A stretch of DNA of 64,000 bases from an uncultured bacterium (GTDB taxonomy: Bacteria; Patescibacteriota; Gracilibacteria; Absconditabacterales; Absconditicoccaceae): positions 39,962 through 103,961 of the forward strand of contig CAUSGX010000001.1 in assembly GCA_963531535.1 (NCBI GenBank), written 5' to 3'. The notes below the pieces were generated by a model, which saw nothing but the letters and a program-made list of their open reading frames with translations, was not told where the DNA came from and did not search any database. Position 1 is the stretch's first letter. Each line of letters starts with the position of its first letter. Positions 23,412-35,398 of the stretch are shown here, piece after piece. The position numbers and the translations under genes are program-made.

Positions 23412-23485
23412 TCTCCGAGAGTGGGACTCGAACCCACGACCCAGTGGTTAACAGCCACTTGCTCTACCGACTGAGCTATCTCGGA
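23412..23485 (-). tRNA. tRNA-Asn (GTT)
   Basis: TCCGAGATAGCTCAGTCGG...AGTGG-CTGTTAA-CCACT...GGTTCGAGTCC. CCA not encoded. Confidence 0.9.
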
Positions 23486-23635
23486 TTGGCGATGGTGATT
23501 ACTATACTGAAATCAGACCCATTTTCAAGAGATTTTTTACTTTTTATACGACTTTTTTCATTCAATGTCGAGTTTCCAAAGTCTGAGTCTACCAAACTAC
23601 GAAGTTCAGATTTTTATACTCATAAGATAATCAAA

Positions 23636-23717
23636 TACCGGGAACAGGACTTGAACCTGCACACCGTAAGGCACTTGGTTCTAAGCCAAGCGTGTCTACC
23701 AGTTCCACCATCCCGGC
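23636..23717 (-). tRNA. tRNA-Leu (TAG)
   Basis: GCCGGGATGGTGGAACTGG...CTTGG-CTTAGAA-CCAAG plus a long variable arm. CCA not encoded. Confidence 0.9.
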
Positions 23718-23751
23718 ATAACTGACTACCTTATGTATAAAAATCAAGATA

Positions 23752-23824
23752 CTCGGGAGATAGGACTCGAACCTATAACCCTCAGATTCAGAGTCTGATG
23801 CTCTACCAATTAAGCTACTCCCGA
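23752..23824 (-). tRNA. tRNA-Gln (CTG)
   Basis: TCGGGAGTAGCTTAATTGG...TCAGA-CTCTGAA-TCTGA...GGTTCGAGTCC. U1-A72, discriminator G. Confidence 0.8.
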
Positions 23825-23830
23825 TTAATT

Positions 23831-23905
23831 TGGTTGCGGAGGATGGAATTGAACCACCTATCTTCGGGTTATGAGCCCGACGAGATACCGTTTCTCTACT
23901 CCGCA
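23831..23905 (-). tRNA. initiator tRNA-fMet (CAT)
   Basis: Anticodon stem-loop CTCGTCGGGCTCATAACCCGAAG with three consecutive G-C pairs. CCA encoded. Confidence 0.85.
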
Positions 23906-23915
23906 ATTACACTCC

Positions 23916-23986
23916 CTGGGGAACCAGGATTCGAACCTGGACAAACGGAGTCAAAGTCCGGTGTCCTACCATTAGACGATTCCCCA
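23916..23986 (-). tRNA. tRNA-Gln (TTG)
   Basis: TGGGGAATCGTCTAATGG...CTTTGAC loop...GGTTCGAATCC...TTCCCCAG. Confidence 0.85.
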
Positions 23987-24126
23987 TCCACACATGATGA
24001 CGATTTGCTTTATATCTTTTTCACTTTGATTTTCAAGAGGAAGTGATAGTTTTTTTATTCCTCTTGTAAATCCCTAGGCAATCACTACACTATTGAGCAC
24101 TATTGTTTAACTTTAGACTATTTTCA

Positions 24127-25989
24127 ATGGATTTATCAGCAATCATCAATAAAGTTCAGGAGCTCCATTCAGATTTTTCTTTTGATGAAATTGCAGAAGT
24201 TTGCTATGAATATCTAGCACAATTTTCAGAAAAGACCAAGGAAGAAACGAAAGAAAAAAGCCTCAAAAAATATCTTACAAAAGAATTTTGAGTTGAGCGA
24301 GAAAACTTAGCAGAAAAAAACTCTGAAAAGCTGAACTCATTCTTCTCTATCCCAAGGCATCTTTTTAATTATACCAACAAAAAATCTGCTGATTATCTGA
24401 TAACCATCAAAGGGCTCTGCAAACAGCTCGGCTCAACAATCCTGTTTGAAGACGCTGAACTAAGAATTAAACCTGAAGATAAAATTGCACTTGTAGGGAA
24501 AAACGGCGCAGGAAAATCAACTTTTCTCAAAATACTTCTCAATCCAGAACTCGCTGATCACGGAGAGATTGATATTTTAAAAGATGTAAAAATCTGATTC
24601 CTCTCACAAGATTTATTTCGAGAATCCAGAGAAAGAACAGTATCAGAGGAGATGCTAACAACCTTTCCAGAGATCACAGTGAAAGTCCAAAGGCTCGAAG
24701 AAATAAAAAGACTTTTGGACGAAAATCCAGAAAACTCAATCGAACTCATTGAGGAACAAAATGAAATTATCGAGCGAATGCTCCTCAATGAAGCCTATCA
24801 AAAATACGACCTCCAACAGGAGATTCTCAAATATTTCGGATTTAGCAAAGAACAATTGAGTTTCAAAATTTCGCAGCTCTCCTGAGGAGAACAAACAAAA
24901 GTCCAAATCGCCAAATTTTTGCTCCAGGACGTCGATCTCTTAATTCTTGATGAACCAACAAACCATCTAGACATTGAGGGGATTCTCTTTATTGAAGCCT
25001 TCTGTCAAATGCGAAATAAGGCGCTAATCTGTATTTCTCATGATAGAAAGTTTCTAGGTTCTACCTTCAATAAAACTGTAGAAATAAAAAATAAAAAACT
25101 GAATCTCTATTTTTGTTGGTATGAAGATTTCCTACTAGAAAAAGAAAAAAGAGAAGAAATTCAACTCAAAAACTATACTACCCAACAAAAATACCTCACT
25201 CAGCAAGAAAGATTTATCGAAAGATTTCGTTACAAATCCAGTAAAGCCTCACAAGTCCAGAGCAGAATTAAAATGCTTGATAAAATGAATAAGATCGAGG
25301 CTCCAGAACTAGAATCATCAGCTCATAAACCAAAACTTCAGGTCACACGAAGACTCCCAGAAACATTGATCAGAATTTCAGAGCTTCAAGTTGGATACTG
25401 AGAAAACACACTCGTCTCTTTACCAAAAAACCTTGAAATCACAAAAACAATGAAGATCTGAATCATTGGAAAAAATGGTGCCTGAAAAACAACGCTTTTA
25501 AAGACAATCTTATGAGAATTAAAACCTCAATACTGAGATATTTGGATCCATGAAAAAGTAAAAATCTGATTTTACTCCCAAATTGCAGACGATCTAGACT
25601 TTAACGCAACCGTCACAGAAGAACTTGTCTGACCTGGAGTTTCATTCAAAGAAGCAATGAGCTTCCTCTGAGCTTTACTCCTCGATCCAGAAAAAGCTGA
25701 GCAAAAAATCTGAAGTCTCTCAGGGGGAGAAAAATCAAAAGTAGCACTAGCAAAAATGCTACTTGCACACCCAGATATCGTTGTAATGGATGAACCAACA
25801 AACCACCTGGACCTCGGCTCAAAAGAAGCAATAAAAACAATGCTTGCGGATTTTAATGGAGTGAGCTTGATCGTTTCCCATGATAGAGATTTTCTAGAAG
25901 CAACCTCAGATCTCCTCCGAGTCATCAAAGACAAAAGACTCACAGTTTTCCACTCTTTTGAGAGAGGGTTTGATGAAATGAAAAATTAA
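24127..25989 (+). CDS. ABC-F family ATPase (two ABC domains, no TM)
   Basis: ATG 24127 to TAA 25987-25989, 620 aa. GKNGAGKST and GKNGA-G-KTT Walker A, LS-G-GEQTK and LSGGEKSK signatures, LILDEPTNHLD and VVMDEPTNHLD Walker B, coiled-coil linker. Confidence 0.88.
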
Positions 25990-26070
25990 AAAAAATCTGA
26001 TGTTTTTTGATTGTTTTTCTCATAGAGATCAGTATGGTATAGTATGATACTTTATATCCAAAACAACAGT

Positions 26071-26661
26071 ATGCAAAAGGGAAAACTCATCGTCCTCTAT
26101 GGTATCAATAACCTCTGAAAAACAACACAAGCCCACCTTCTCATCGACCGATTGAGAGCAAGAGGACTTCAAGCCGAATATCTTAAATACCCGATTTATG
26201 ACTTAGCACCCTCTTGACCACTACTCAACGCCTATCTCAGAGAAGGGAACCCAAATCAGCTTTCTTCATCAGAATTTCAACTTTTACAGGTCATCAACCG
26301 CACACAGTACGATTCTACATTAAAAAATAAGCTAGAAAGCTGAATCTGGATCATCGCAGAAGACTACACTGGAACTGGTATCGCACGAGGAACTGGAGCT
26401 TGATGAGACCAAGCTTTCCTCGAAAACATCAACTCTCACTTACGCAAAGAAGACCTTGCCTTCTTCTTTGATGGAGAACGCTTCAGCTCTGGAATTGAAA
26501 AAGTCCACCAACATGAGCAAAATAACGAACTAATGAATAAAGTAAGACTTGTTCATCAAAACTTGGCTCAAAAACTATCTCGAGAACCAATCAATGCAAA
26601 TCTTTCCATCGAAGAAATTCAATCCCAGCTGCAAAAAATCATCTCAGAAAAATACTTGTAA
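26071..26661 (+). CDS. tmk: thymidylate kinase family protein
   Basis: ATG 26071 to TAA 26659-26661, 196 aa. LIVLYGINNL-G-KTTQ P-loop, LKYPIYD...LLQVINRTQ, IIAEDYTGTGIA. Confidence 0.7.
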
Positions 26662-26665
26662 TAAA

Positions 26666-26690
26666 AAAATCCCTCAAATGGGGGATTTTT
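26666..26690 (+). terminator. intrinsic terminator
   Basis: AATCCC..GGGATT hairpin followed by a T-run. Confidence 0.5.
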
Positions 26691-26740
26691 ATCTAGAAAA
26701 ACACTACTATCATTTCTATCTCTCGAAAAAAAGATCGGAA

Positions 26741-27532
26741 CTATGCTTTCCCTATCTCAATTCCGATCGGACAGTGATCAGAACCTAAAACTTGATCGTA
26801 ATGCACCATTTTTCAGATCTGATCCAAACAATTTTCACTTACCCAAAAATAATCCAATCTCCATCAAACATTTCTTGGCCTCGCTCCAGCCCTATAGCTC
26901 CACCAAGTATACTTCTCTCCTAAATCGGGATTCTGAAGCCTAAAAATATCAATAAGTCAGCTTTCTTCCATTTTGTCCATCTCAGCTCTCTCAATTGGTA
27001 GAAATCAGATTGAATTCTCATTTTCCTTTGGTCTCGCAATATCAATCGGACGATGACAAATATTAAAATCACCAGTTGTGATTACCTTTTTTCATTCTTT
27101 AACTTTCTGTGCCACAAACTGTTGATACTGCCTGTAAAAATCCAGCTTATAGCTGAGCATTTCTGTTCCATCCGCTCTATCCCCACCATTTGGGAAATAA
27201 ATATTCAAAAGCAAAAAATCTGACCATTCAACGGCAGTTACCCTCCCATCATCGTTAAAACATGCAGGATTTTCAAAAGTATTATGCTTTACCAAGATTG
27301 GGAGCGACTTTTTATAAAAGATAGCAGTTCACGCATATCCAGGTCTCTCTGAACGATGCCAAATATACTCATACTCTTGCATAGCAAATCTTACCTCAGT
27401 TGGCAGTTGATGCTCAAAGGCTTTCACCTCCTGCAGACAGAGAATATCAGGATTTTCCTGCTTTATAAAGTCAAGAAAGCCCTTTTGAAGCACAGCTCTA
27501 ATCCCATTAACATTTCGAGAAATAATTTTCAT
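26741..27532 (-). CDS. xth: exodeoxyribonuclease III
   Basis: ATG 27532 to TAG 26741-26743, 263 aa. [61 protein letters not shown]. Confidence 0.9.
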
Positions 27533-27550
27533 TCCACAAGACAAAATAAA

Positions 27551-28327
27551 TTAATACCAATCTTCCTGGATTCCTGCCAAAATCTCAGGTCCATTCTCAG
27601 TAATCAAAACCGTATACTCCCACTGAGCTCCTAAATCTCCCTTTTTACAATAAAGATTCCAATCACTTTCATGATAAACCACATCATCAGACTCTACCGC
27701 TGTGATAGGCTCTAAAGCCACAACCATACCAGGTTTCCACTGAATTTTTTTCATAGCAGCAGTAGGGTGATTCATGAAATAAGGCAGCTCATGAACATCT
27801 GTTCACACCCCATGCCCACTCAAGCTTTTCAAAACACTAAATCCCTCATTAGTAATATGATTATAGACTGCTTTAGAATAATCATAGGCAAAACCTCCAG
27901 TCTTGATAGTCGCAACTCAACGATCTAACGCTTCTTTAGTAACCTTAATAAGTTGAGCACCTAAAGGATTTGCACTTGCATCACCAACAATCAAGCTAAT
28001 AGCAGAATCAGAAACTCACTTTTTATAAATAATTCCAGCATCAATTTTAAGCAAATCTCCATTCTTCAAGATAGTATGATCAGGAATCCCATGCACCACA
28101 CAGTCATTTACAGACAAACAAAGATTCGCAGGGAAGCCTTCATAGCCCTTAAATGCTCAAACCAAATTCCTTTCATCAAGCCAAGCCTGAGCCAACTCCT
28201 CAAGTTCCAAAAGCGTCATTCCAGCCTTAGTATGCTCCTTAAGATAGTAGAGATGCTCATTGAGATATTTACAAGAATCCGTGATATTCCTGATTTGTTC
28301 AGGAGTTTTGATCAGATTTTTTATCAT
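27551..28327 (-). CDS. map: methionine aminopeptidase type I
   Basis: ATG 28327 to TAA 27551-27553, 258 aa. VVHGIP, LKIDAG, SGHGV-G (Gly = TGA), ALEPI, EYTVLIT. Confidence 0.92.
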
Positions 28328-28369
28328 TTTTTAACACAAAAAAATAAACACAAATGGGAAGATAACGCT

Positions 28370-28891
28370 TTAATGAGCACCTGTAGAACCGAATCCACCA
28401 GTTCATCTCTCAGAACTATATACTTGATCAAAAGTATCAAAAAGCTGACTATCAACCTTGATCTCAACCTGAGGGATCTCAGCGGTTCCATACTGTGCCA
28501 CTCACCAATAATGCGGAGCAAACTCTAGTTGACAAAGTCTGGTATATTGTTGAATAGTTACTGGATTTTGAGTAAAATTATACAACTGCATCAAATACTC
28601 TCCTCTATAGTCCGAATCAATCAATCAAACACTATTTGCTAGCAAAAGCCCATTCTTAAGAGGAAGAGAACTTCTCGCATACATCTTAGCACACCATCCT
28701 GTAGGAATAAAGGTCTTAATTCAGCTTTTTACTAATTTAACCTCTCCAGGCTGCAGAGTAAATGTCTCATCTGCTTTAATATCCCAACACATCGCTTCAG
28801 GCGACTTTTTTTCAGGGATCAATTCCTCAGCAGAAACGCAAATAATAATAGACTGCATCAAACTTTTATACTTAAATAAAACCTTCCTCAT
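28370..28891 (-). CDS. dut: dUTP diphosphatase
   Basis: TAA 28370-28372. The start is ATG 28891, or possibly ATG 28858. Motifs: ARSSL, VGLIDSDYRGE, ER-G-TGGFGSTG. Confidence 0.85.
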
Positions 28892-28945
28892 TCTACAAAA
28901 CTCGATGCCTAATACAAGAGGAAAACCGATCAAAAAAAGGAGAGG

Positions 28946-29200
28946 TTAACCTCTCCTTGAATTTCGCATTGTTTGCGATTTACGAATACCTTTAGGAACA
29001 AACTTCATTCTTTTTTGAAGTTCAATCGCCTTAAGAGATTCAACCCGAAGCTGTTTCCTCAATACAGCGACTCCATCAAGAATCTGTTTGTTCTGTCTAA
29101 TAATTTGCTGATCGGAGGAGACTTTTCCCCGCGCTCCAAAAATAAATGTTTGCCCCAGAACCGGATCAAACACAGACGGAATTGCACCTTGCTGGATCAT
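28946..29200 (-). CDS. small basic protein (weak bS21-like C-terminus)
   Basis: ATG 29200 to TAA 28946-28948, 84 aa. The C-terminal ELQKRMKFVPKGIRKSQTMRNSRRG loosely resembles ribosomal protein S21. Not confirmed. Confidence 0.4.
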   Translation of the reverse strand: MIQQGAIPSVFDPVLGQTFIFGARGKVSSDQQIIRQNKQILDGVAVLRKQLRVESLKAIELQKRMKFVPKGIRKSQTMRNSRRG

Positions 29201-29345
29201 GATTTTTAGTTTTATGTTTAACTTACTTAATATAAGTCTTTAAAGAGAAATGTCAAGACTTTTCTCCTTGCATTCAATAAAGCAAATCACTATCCTAATA
29301 ACAATCAAAAAATCTGAATTTTCATCTCCTTTTGTATACATTCTC

Positions 29346-30332
29346 ATGCTCATCTATCTTGAAAAAAAAGCAAAATCCTATCCTCAAACCCAGAAAATCC
29401 TGAGCAAATTCCCCAATGCTCAAATCCTAGAAATCGACCACTACAAAAATATCTTTGATAAAAACATCTGAGATCAAAACCTCACTCCAGCCTTCATCAT
29501 TGCAAAACAGGAGCATATCCCACTTTTACCAGTTCCAGAAAACTACGGACGAACAGGAAAATCCTTCTTCTTTAAAACAAGCCTTAACTGCGTTTATGAC
29601 TGTGAATACTGCTACCTCAAAGGGAACTTCAAAACAAAGTATTCCGTGCTTTTTGTCAATTATGAAGAGATAAAATCAGCGATTAGTGAAAAAATCAACC
29701 TTCTCAGAGAAACGGAAAAATACCAATGACCAATAAGTTTTTATGCAAGCAACTATTCAGATATCCAAGGAGTCGATAGCTTAACTGATTTCAATCAGAC
29801 TTTTATTCCATTCTTTGAACAATTTGAGAACGTATTGATGGAAACCAGGACTAAATCCCCAAACATTTCCTCAATCCTCAGCTGCAATAATGGGATTCCT
29901 CCTAAAAATACAGAATTCTCATTTTCTCTCAATCCAGACTCTATCATCAAAAAATATGAGAAAGGAACCGCAACTCTAGAGGCGAGAATCTCTGCTATAA
30001 AAGCGCTTACAGAAAAAGGCTACAGAGTCTGACTCAGATTTCTTCCCCTTTTACCCGTTGAAAATTATGATTTTTTTTATCGTGAACTACTAAAAAAATT
30101 AAAATCTGAACTCAATTTTGATCTGATTTCTTCAATTTTTATCGCCTCTCTCATCTACAATCCTTGAGATTTCAAAATCATGCAGAAAAAGAATCCAAAT
30201 TCTGACCTACGACCACTTATTAGCCCCCAAGAGAACTGACTTATCAAGATCCCTACATCAACTCGAGAACACTTTCTCAAAATCTTTAGAGAAGAACTGC
30301 CAGATCAAGAGATCCTCTTTGATTATGTATAA
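29346..30332 (+). CDS. radical SAM protein, spore-photoproduct-lyase (SplB)-like
   Basis: ATG 29346 to TAA 30330-30332, 328 aa. CxxxCxxC cluster CVYDCEYCYLKG. Overall SPL-family layout. About 6 TGA. Confidence 0.7.
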
Positions 30333-30348
30333 AAAAGGAAAATCTTGT

Positions 30349-30376
30349 TTGACTTTTTAAAACATTTAGATATAGT
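30349..30376 (+). promoter_or_regulatory. sigma70-like promoter
   Basis: TTGACT 30349-30354, 16-nt spacer, TATAGT 30371-30376. Confidence 0.45.
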
Positions 30377-30407
30377 AAGGAAAAATAAATAAAAAAACTT
30401 TTTAACT

Positions 30408-30701
30408 ATGGAATTTTTCTTTATCTCAATTATCGCTCTTTACCTCATAACAAAGGCTGAGCGATCAGACGTATTGCTATTTTTAGCAAATGCTTATTTT
30501 ACCTATCTTGACTATAAGCTCTGGGAAATATGCTTAGAAAATAGGATCTGGGAAGATTTAGATAAGTGCTCTGCAGAGCCTATAATCATTATGATTCTTA
30601 CAATAGGACTCACAATATCCTTACCAATCCTATATGTAATAAATATTAAGGTAGCCCGTAAAATCTCAGAAGAAGAGAAAAAGAAGCAAAAAAAAGGATA
30701 G
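30408..30701 (+). CDS. small membrane protein
   Basis: ATG 30408 to TAG 30699-30701, 97 aa. Two hydrophobic helices and a Lys/Glu tail. Confidence 0.5.
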   Translation: MEFFFISIIALYLITKAERSDVLLFLANAYFTYLDYKLWEICLENRIWEDLDKCSAEPIIIMILTIGLTISLPILYVINIKVARKISEEEKKKQKKG

Positions 30702-30707
30702 AACAAA

Positions 30708-30743
30708 GACTCTACCTAAGTATCTTATGGTAGAGTTTTTTTA
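30708..30743 (+). terminator. intrinsic terminator
   Basis: ACTCTACC / GGTAGAGT stem followed by a T-run. Confidence 0.6.
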
Positions 30744-30816
30744 AAAGAGAAAAAATCAGATTTTTCTTTATCTTTTCACAAAAAAACTCCTGTCTACACA
30801 AGACAGGAGCTCATCT

Positions 30817-31437
30817 TTAACACTGTTCCGCATCAAAGAGCAAAGCTACAACAGCATTCTCCTTCCGAAGAACTTCTAAGAAGAGGTCCTCATCATCTAT
30901 AGATTTGCACTTCTCATCTAAAAAGAAGCGACGCATTTCCATAAGATGGAGAAAACTCCCCTCTTCAAGCTGATACCACTTACCTCCTGGTTGGACAGAA
31001 TCTTCCATCCGAGTATAGAAGGTCGCTCGGTAATAGACGAAACTACCTTTAATCTTCTTCCAAGAGGATGCAATGCGATAAATTTGAAGTTTCCTAGAGA
31101 GCTCAACATCTAAACGATTAATCTTAGTCTGATACTTCTTAGGAAGAGACCATTCCTTAACATTTCTCATAACAACGGAATAGTTCTCAAACTCCTGAAA
31201 AAAAGGAGATTTTCTAAACATTGCATACATTTCAAAGATAGCTCGATCTTGATCCCGCATCATTCTAACCTTTGCAAGATCTCTTCTGAGACATTGTTTT
31301 AACGAATGCCTACGACGAGAATAGGAGGACTTTTCTTGAATAATAAACTTAAAATCCTGAAATCTCTCTGAATCCAAAAGTCTTTTAAGAAAAGAGCGCT
31401 TCTTTTTTTTCCCAATTGGTAATTTTTTATATTTCAT
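30817..31437 (-). CDS. hypothetical basic protein
   Basis: ATG 31437 (or GTG 31461) to TAA 30817-30819. No TGA. Followed on the minus strand by hairpin CTCCTGTCT..AGACAGGAG plus a T-run (30786-30812). Confidence 0.55.
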   Translation of the reverse strand: MKYKKLPIGKKKKRSFLKRLLDSERFQDFKFIIQEKSSYSRRRHSLKQCLRRDLAKVRMMRDQDRAIFEMYAMFRKSPFFQEFENYSVVMRNVKEWSLPKKYQTKINRLDVELSRKLQIYRIASSWKKIKGSFVYYRATFYTRMEDSVQPGGKWYQLEEGSFLHLMEMRRFFLDEKCKSIDDEDLFLEVLRKENAVVALLFDAEQC

Positions 31438-31567
31438 ATAATTAAAATTTTTTATTTCCACAAAACAGATAATACATATCTAAGAGAAAGAGTCAAGAGA
31501 AAATAAAAAACAAGACTATATAATAAAAAAGAAATCTGACTTCAGACTTCTTTTTCTTGTTTTAAAA

Positions 31568-33211
31568 CTATTTTTCTTCATCTTCTGTGGTAATATCTTG
31601 GTTTCTAGCCTTCATAAGTGGGAACATCACAACATCTCTGAGATTCTCCTGTTCCGTCAAAATCGCCAAAATCCTCTCAAGTCCCATACCAAATCCTGAC
31701 TGAGGCGGCATTCCATATTCCATCGCCTCAACAAATGCATCATCTCCACTTGTAGCTTCATCATCTCATTTTTTACTTGCCTCAGCCTGAAGATCAAAGT
31801 TCTCCTGTTGCAAAATTGGATCTACAAGTTCAGAATATGCCTTACAGATTTCCCATCCATTCACCAAAAGTTGAAATTGCTCAACAATCTGCTCATCAGC
31901 ATCTGAAATTCTCGCCAAAGGCTGCATAATCACTGGATAATTATAGATGAATGCTGGACCTACAATCTTTGGTCTCAACACCTTTTTGTACAAATAGTCA
32001 ATAAGCGTAGTGGTTCCCATATTTTCCATTCACTCAAAAGTAATTCCCTTTGCCTGAATATCTGCTCTAAGCTTATCTGCATCATCAATCCCATACTTAG
32101 AGATATCAAGTCCACTAGCCTCATTTACCCCTTGAGTATAATCAATTTTTTCCCAAGGAGTTGTAAAATCAACCGTTTTCTCAATTCAGTCTTTATCTTT
32201 TACCTTAAGCTTCTTTTCTAGCCCAAGATGTTCAAAAAGATAATCAAACATCTCCTCAGTAAACTTCATATTATCCTCATAATTCCAGTACACAGCGTAA
32301 TGCTCTACCTGAGTAAATTCCTGAACATGAGAAGGATCCGATCCTTCATTTCTAAAATCCTGACCTATCTCAAAAACCTTTTCAAACCTACCAACAGTCG
32401 CTTTTTTAAGAGAAGTTTCAAAGGCAATCCTCAAATATACATCAGTATCAAAATCATTATGATGCGTAATAAAAGGCCTTGCGGCAGCTCCAGATGCTGC
32501 ATTATCTAAGATTGGAGTTTGAATCTCAGTAAATCCTCTAGATCTATAAAAATCTCTCAAAACCTGATAAAACTTTGACTTAAACAAAAATCTCTCATAG
32601 GTTTCAGGATTCATCGTCATATCCAAATACCTCTTCCTATAAAGCTCCTCCTGATCATTGAGTCCGTGGAATTTTTCAGGTAAAGGTCTGATCGCCTTAG
32701 ACAAAAATTTGAATTCTGAAACAAAAATTGTAAGTTCTCCCTTATGTGTCTTGAAAACCTCTCCCTTTACTCCGATAAAATCTCAAAGATCAACCATCTT
32801 CTCCATGAATTTATATGCTGAAAGTTCTCCTGATTCAGTATCAGCATTTTCAAGCATATCAACAGCAACATCCTCACTTTTCCCATCAGAATTGGTAATC
32901 GTCTTAAGAATCTTACAGTGATCTCTGTGAAACATCAACTGAATCTGATCACTACTATCCAAAATCTTAGCAAACGCAAGCTTCCCATGAGAACGATAAA
33001 GCATTACTCTACCAGCAGTCTGTACTTGCATCTGAGGATTCAAAACCACCTCCTCACTATCACGAAGTGTTTGCCCCTCATACTGTGCAATAATATCGCT
33101 AATAAGATCCTTCTTCTGGAAACTCTGAGCATAGGGATGAATCCCCATTTTTTTCATTTTATGAGTTTTCTGTATTCTCACTTCCTTTTCTGACAAAGTT
33201 ATTTGGCTCAT
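31568..33211 (-). CDS. lysS: lysyl-tRNA synthetase, class II
   Basis: ATG 33211 to TAG 31568-31570, 547 aa. OB-fold N-domain, FTEIQTPIL, FRNEG, GMPPQSGFGMGLERI. Four internal TGA join the track ORFs. Confidence 0.93.
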
Positions 33212-33311
33212 ATCATTACAATTATTAGTAAAAATCCTAAATCTGAGCTTAGCTATTTCCTCTATTTTTTCAAGGACTAATCAAAGAAAAACTATAAAAA
33301 TCTGATTTATA

Positions 33312-33339
33312 TTGACTTTTAAAGAAAAAATAATATCAT
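33312..33339 (+). promoter_or_regulatory. sigma70-like promoter
   Basis: TTGACT 33312-33317, 16-nt spacer, TATCAT 33334-33339. Confidence 0.45.
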
Positions 33340-33369
33340 ACAAGACAAGAAACAAAAAAACATAACAAA

Positions 33370-34140
33370 ATGAAAACAATAAAAAAACAAAAAACTGATC
33401 TCTATACAAGGGTTGCAATGCTACTTCTAGAATCACCGCTCGAAACAATCAGCATGATGAAAATGCGAAATAAATTTGAGCAAGCACTCTACCAACTACG
33501 GTTAAACAAAATCGGACTAGTTAGAGAGTATCATCTATACTCGAAACAACATCTTAGTCTCCTAGAAATGGAATATATCCAGGAAAAGGAGTACTTCGAG
33601 AGTAAAATCAATCATGTTCCAACAACAAAGGAAGAATATGATGAGGGAGATGTACTTTTTGCAAAAATTAATCAACTCAGAAAGAGATTTGACATTACAA
33701 AAGCCGAAGAAGAGCAACTTTTAAGAGAACAGTTAATTACCATTGAGGTCATCTACGAAGAGAAAAAGAAAGATATCCTCGCTCAACAAGAATTCTGCGA
33801 ACTCATGCACAAACAAAACTGCTATTGGAAGTTAATTGACTCAGGACGAAAACTCTTTTTCTACAAGACAGTTCCCATAAGACTAGAACCAGGATTGCAA
33901 AAGATATCATATTTACCTGATGAAATTATGGCTAGAGAGCATAACAATTATGGAGGAATGCTCCTCCCGCAATCCAGCAACAATAAGCTATACCTAGCAC
34001 TTCCAGACTGGGAAGATGTTCCTATCAACCTCATATCAAGTGATTCGCTTTACGAGTGGATACTTAGGACCCTAGAAAGGAATGCACTAACAAAAGAGGT
34101 AATAGAGATGGAAATCGAGTATCTTATACAAAAACATTAA
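33370..34140 (+). CDS. hypothetical protein, 256 aa
   Basis: ATG 33370 to TAA. No TGA. Coiled-coil-rich N-half. A terminator hairpin follows at about 34146-34185. Confidence 0.6.
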   Translation: MKTIKKQKTDLYTRVAMLLLESPLETISMMKMRNKFEQALYQLRLNKIGLVREYHLYSKQHLSLLEMEYIQEKEYFESKINHVPTTKEEYDEGDVLFAKINQLRKRFDITKAEEEQLLREQLITIEVIYEEKKKDILAQQEFCELMHKQNCYWKLIDSGRKLFFYKTVPIRLEPGLQKISYLPDEIMAREHNNYGGMLLPQSSNNKLYLALPDWEDVPINLISSDSLYEWILRTLERNALTKEVIEMEIEYLIQKH

Positions 34141-34274
34141 ACAAATCAGACTCTTTTCTGAATCTCAGAGAAGAGTCTTTTTTCTTTATTAAACAAAGCA
34201 ACATTCCCTCAGAAAATTTGCTTTTTTTAGAGTTTCAATTATAATTTAATATCTTTTATTTGCTGACCAGTCTG

Positions 34275-34715
34275 ATGAAAGCTGTCTTTCCAAAGAATAT
34301 CCAAAAAGGAATCTTAGCAGGGATGAATTTCAACATCTGACCTTTTACAGTATCAGTCTTTCAGCTTTTTATCTTAGCAATCGGGATTGCCATAGCTTTT
34401 GTCGTATTTAATAAATTTGCTCAAAGTAGTAAAGCTGTAGGAATATTTTTTGGAATTCTGATTTTTCTCTTCTTTGCAGTCATTGCATTTTTTAAGATTT
34501 CAGAATTGAATCTTCTTGCCTTCATCGTAAAGTTCGTCCAAAATCAGTTTTTTGACACTACTAAAAAATATCAAACTAACTATACCAAAAATGACCAACT
34601 TGCAATCCTCATCGAGAAATCAAAAAGTCAAAATACAAAACAAAAAATAGAATACAAAAGCTGAATTGAACTAGAGAATATCGATAAGCTCGATACTTCC
34701 TGACTCCTCTCCTAA
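34275..34715 (+). CDS. PrgI-like (VirB3-like) small membrane protein
   Basis: ATG 34275 to TAA 34713-34715, 146 aa. The pattern VFPKNIQKGILAGMNFNI-G-PFTVSVFQLFILAIGIAIAF plus a second TM resembles Gram-positive conjugation PrgI family. Promoter: TTGCTT 34218-34223, 16-nt spacer, TATAAT 34240-34245. Confidence 0.45.
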
Positions 34716-34737
34716 AAAAATCAAAAATACAAAAAAA

Positions 34738-34818
34738 TGCTGAGGAAGGGACTCGAACCCTCAAGCCAAAGGCATACGCACCTCAAGCGTACATGTATAC
34801 CAATTCCATCACCTCAGC
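34738..34818 (-). tRNA. tRNA-Leu (GAG)
   Basis: GCTGAGGTGATGGAATTGG...TACGC-TTGAGGT-GCGTA plus a long variable arm...GGTTCGAGTCC. Confidence 0.88.
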
Positions 34819-34935
34819 ATATAACACTACCACTATAGCGATTTGCTTATCAATTGCAAGAAAGATTTGTATTTTTGAGAAGATTGGCTATATCTAACCA
34901 AATACAATAAAATTTATCTTTTTTAGACTCTACCC

Positions 34936-35373
34936 ATGTTTGAAAAAATTCAAAAAGACTATATCTGAGCGATGAAGAACAAAGAGATCCTCAAGAAATC
35001 AGCTCTAAACTACTTGATCGCACAGATTAAAAATAAGAAAATTGAACTCCAAAGGGATCCTAACGACGAAGAAATCGTTGCCCTTATTAAAAAGGAGGTC
35101 AAATCTCTAAATGAAGCAATCAGTTTCCTAGAAAAAGCCAATAAACCTGAAGAACTTCAGGAAGAAAAAGAGAAAAAGCTGATTCTCGAGAGCTATCTTC
35201 CTGCAACGCTCGATGAAGAGCAAACAAAAGCACTCATAGTAGCTACAATTTCAAAACTTAACATCACAGACCTCAAAACGCAAAGAGGCCTCCTCATGAA
35301 AGAGCTCATGGCAACGCACAAGGCAGAGCTTGACACAGCACTTCTCAATTCACTTATCAACACCATGCTCTAA
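34936..35373 (+). CDS. GatB/YqeY domain protein
   Basis: ATG 34936 to TAA 35371-35373, 145 aa. Family-typical pattern MFEKIQKDYI-G-AMKNKE...ALIKKEVKSL...LPATLDEEQTKALI. Confidence 0.85.
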
Positions 35374-35398
35374 TCCTTTATCTACATACAAATACAAG

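Noticed and set aside
22623-23986. The tRNA arrays flanking rpsT as a mobile-element integration hotspot.
   Set aside because: I saw no integrase, no direct repeats of tRNA 3' ends and no compositional break. The arrangement looks like an ordinary tRNA/ribosomal-protein operon with its own terminator.
23354-24046. Track ORFs 23354-23725, 23631-23906 and 23798-24046 as coding genes.
   Set aside because: They lie entirely over five clover-leaf tRNA genes. Their apparent coding potential is a by-product of GC-richer tRNA sequence.
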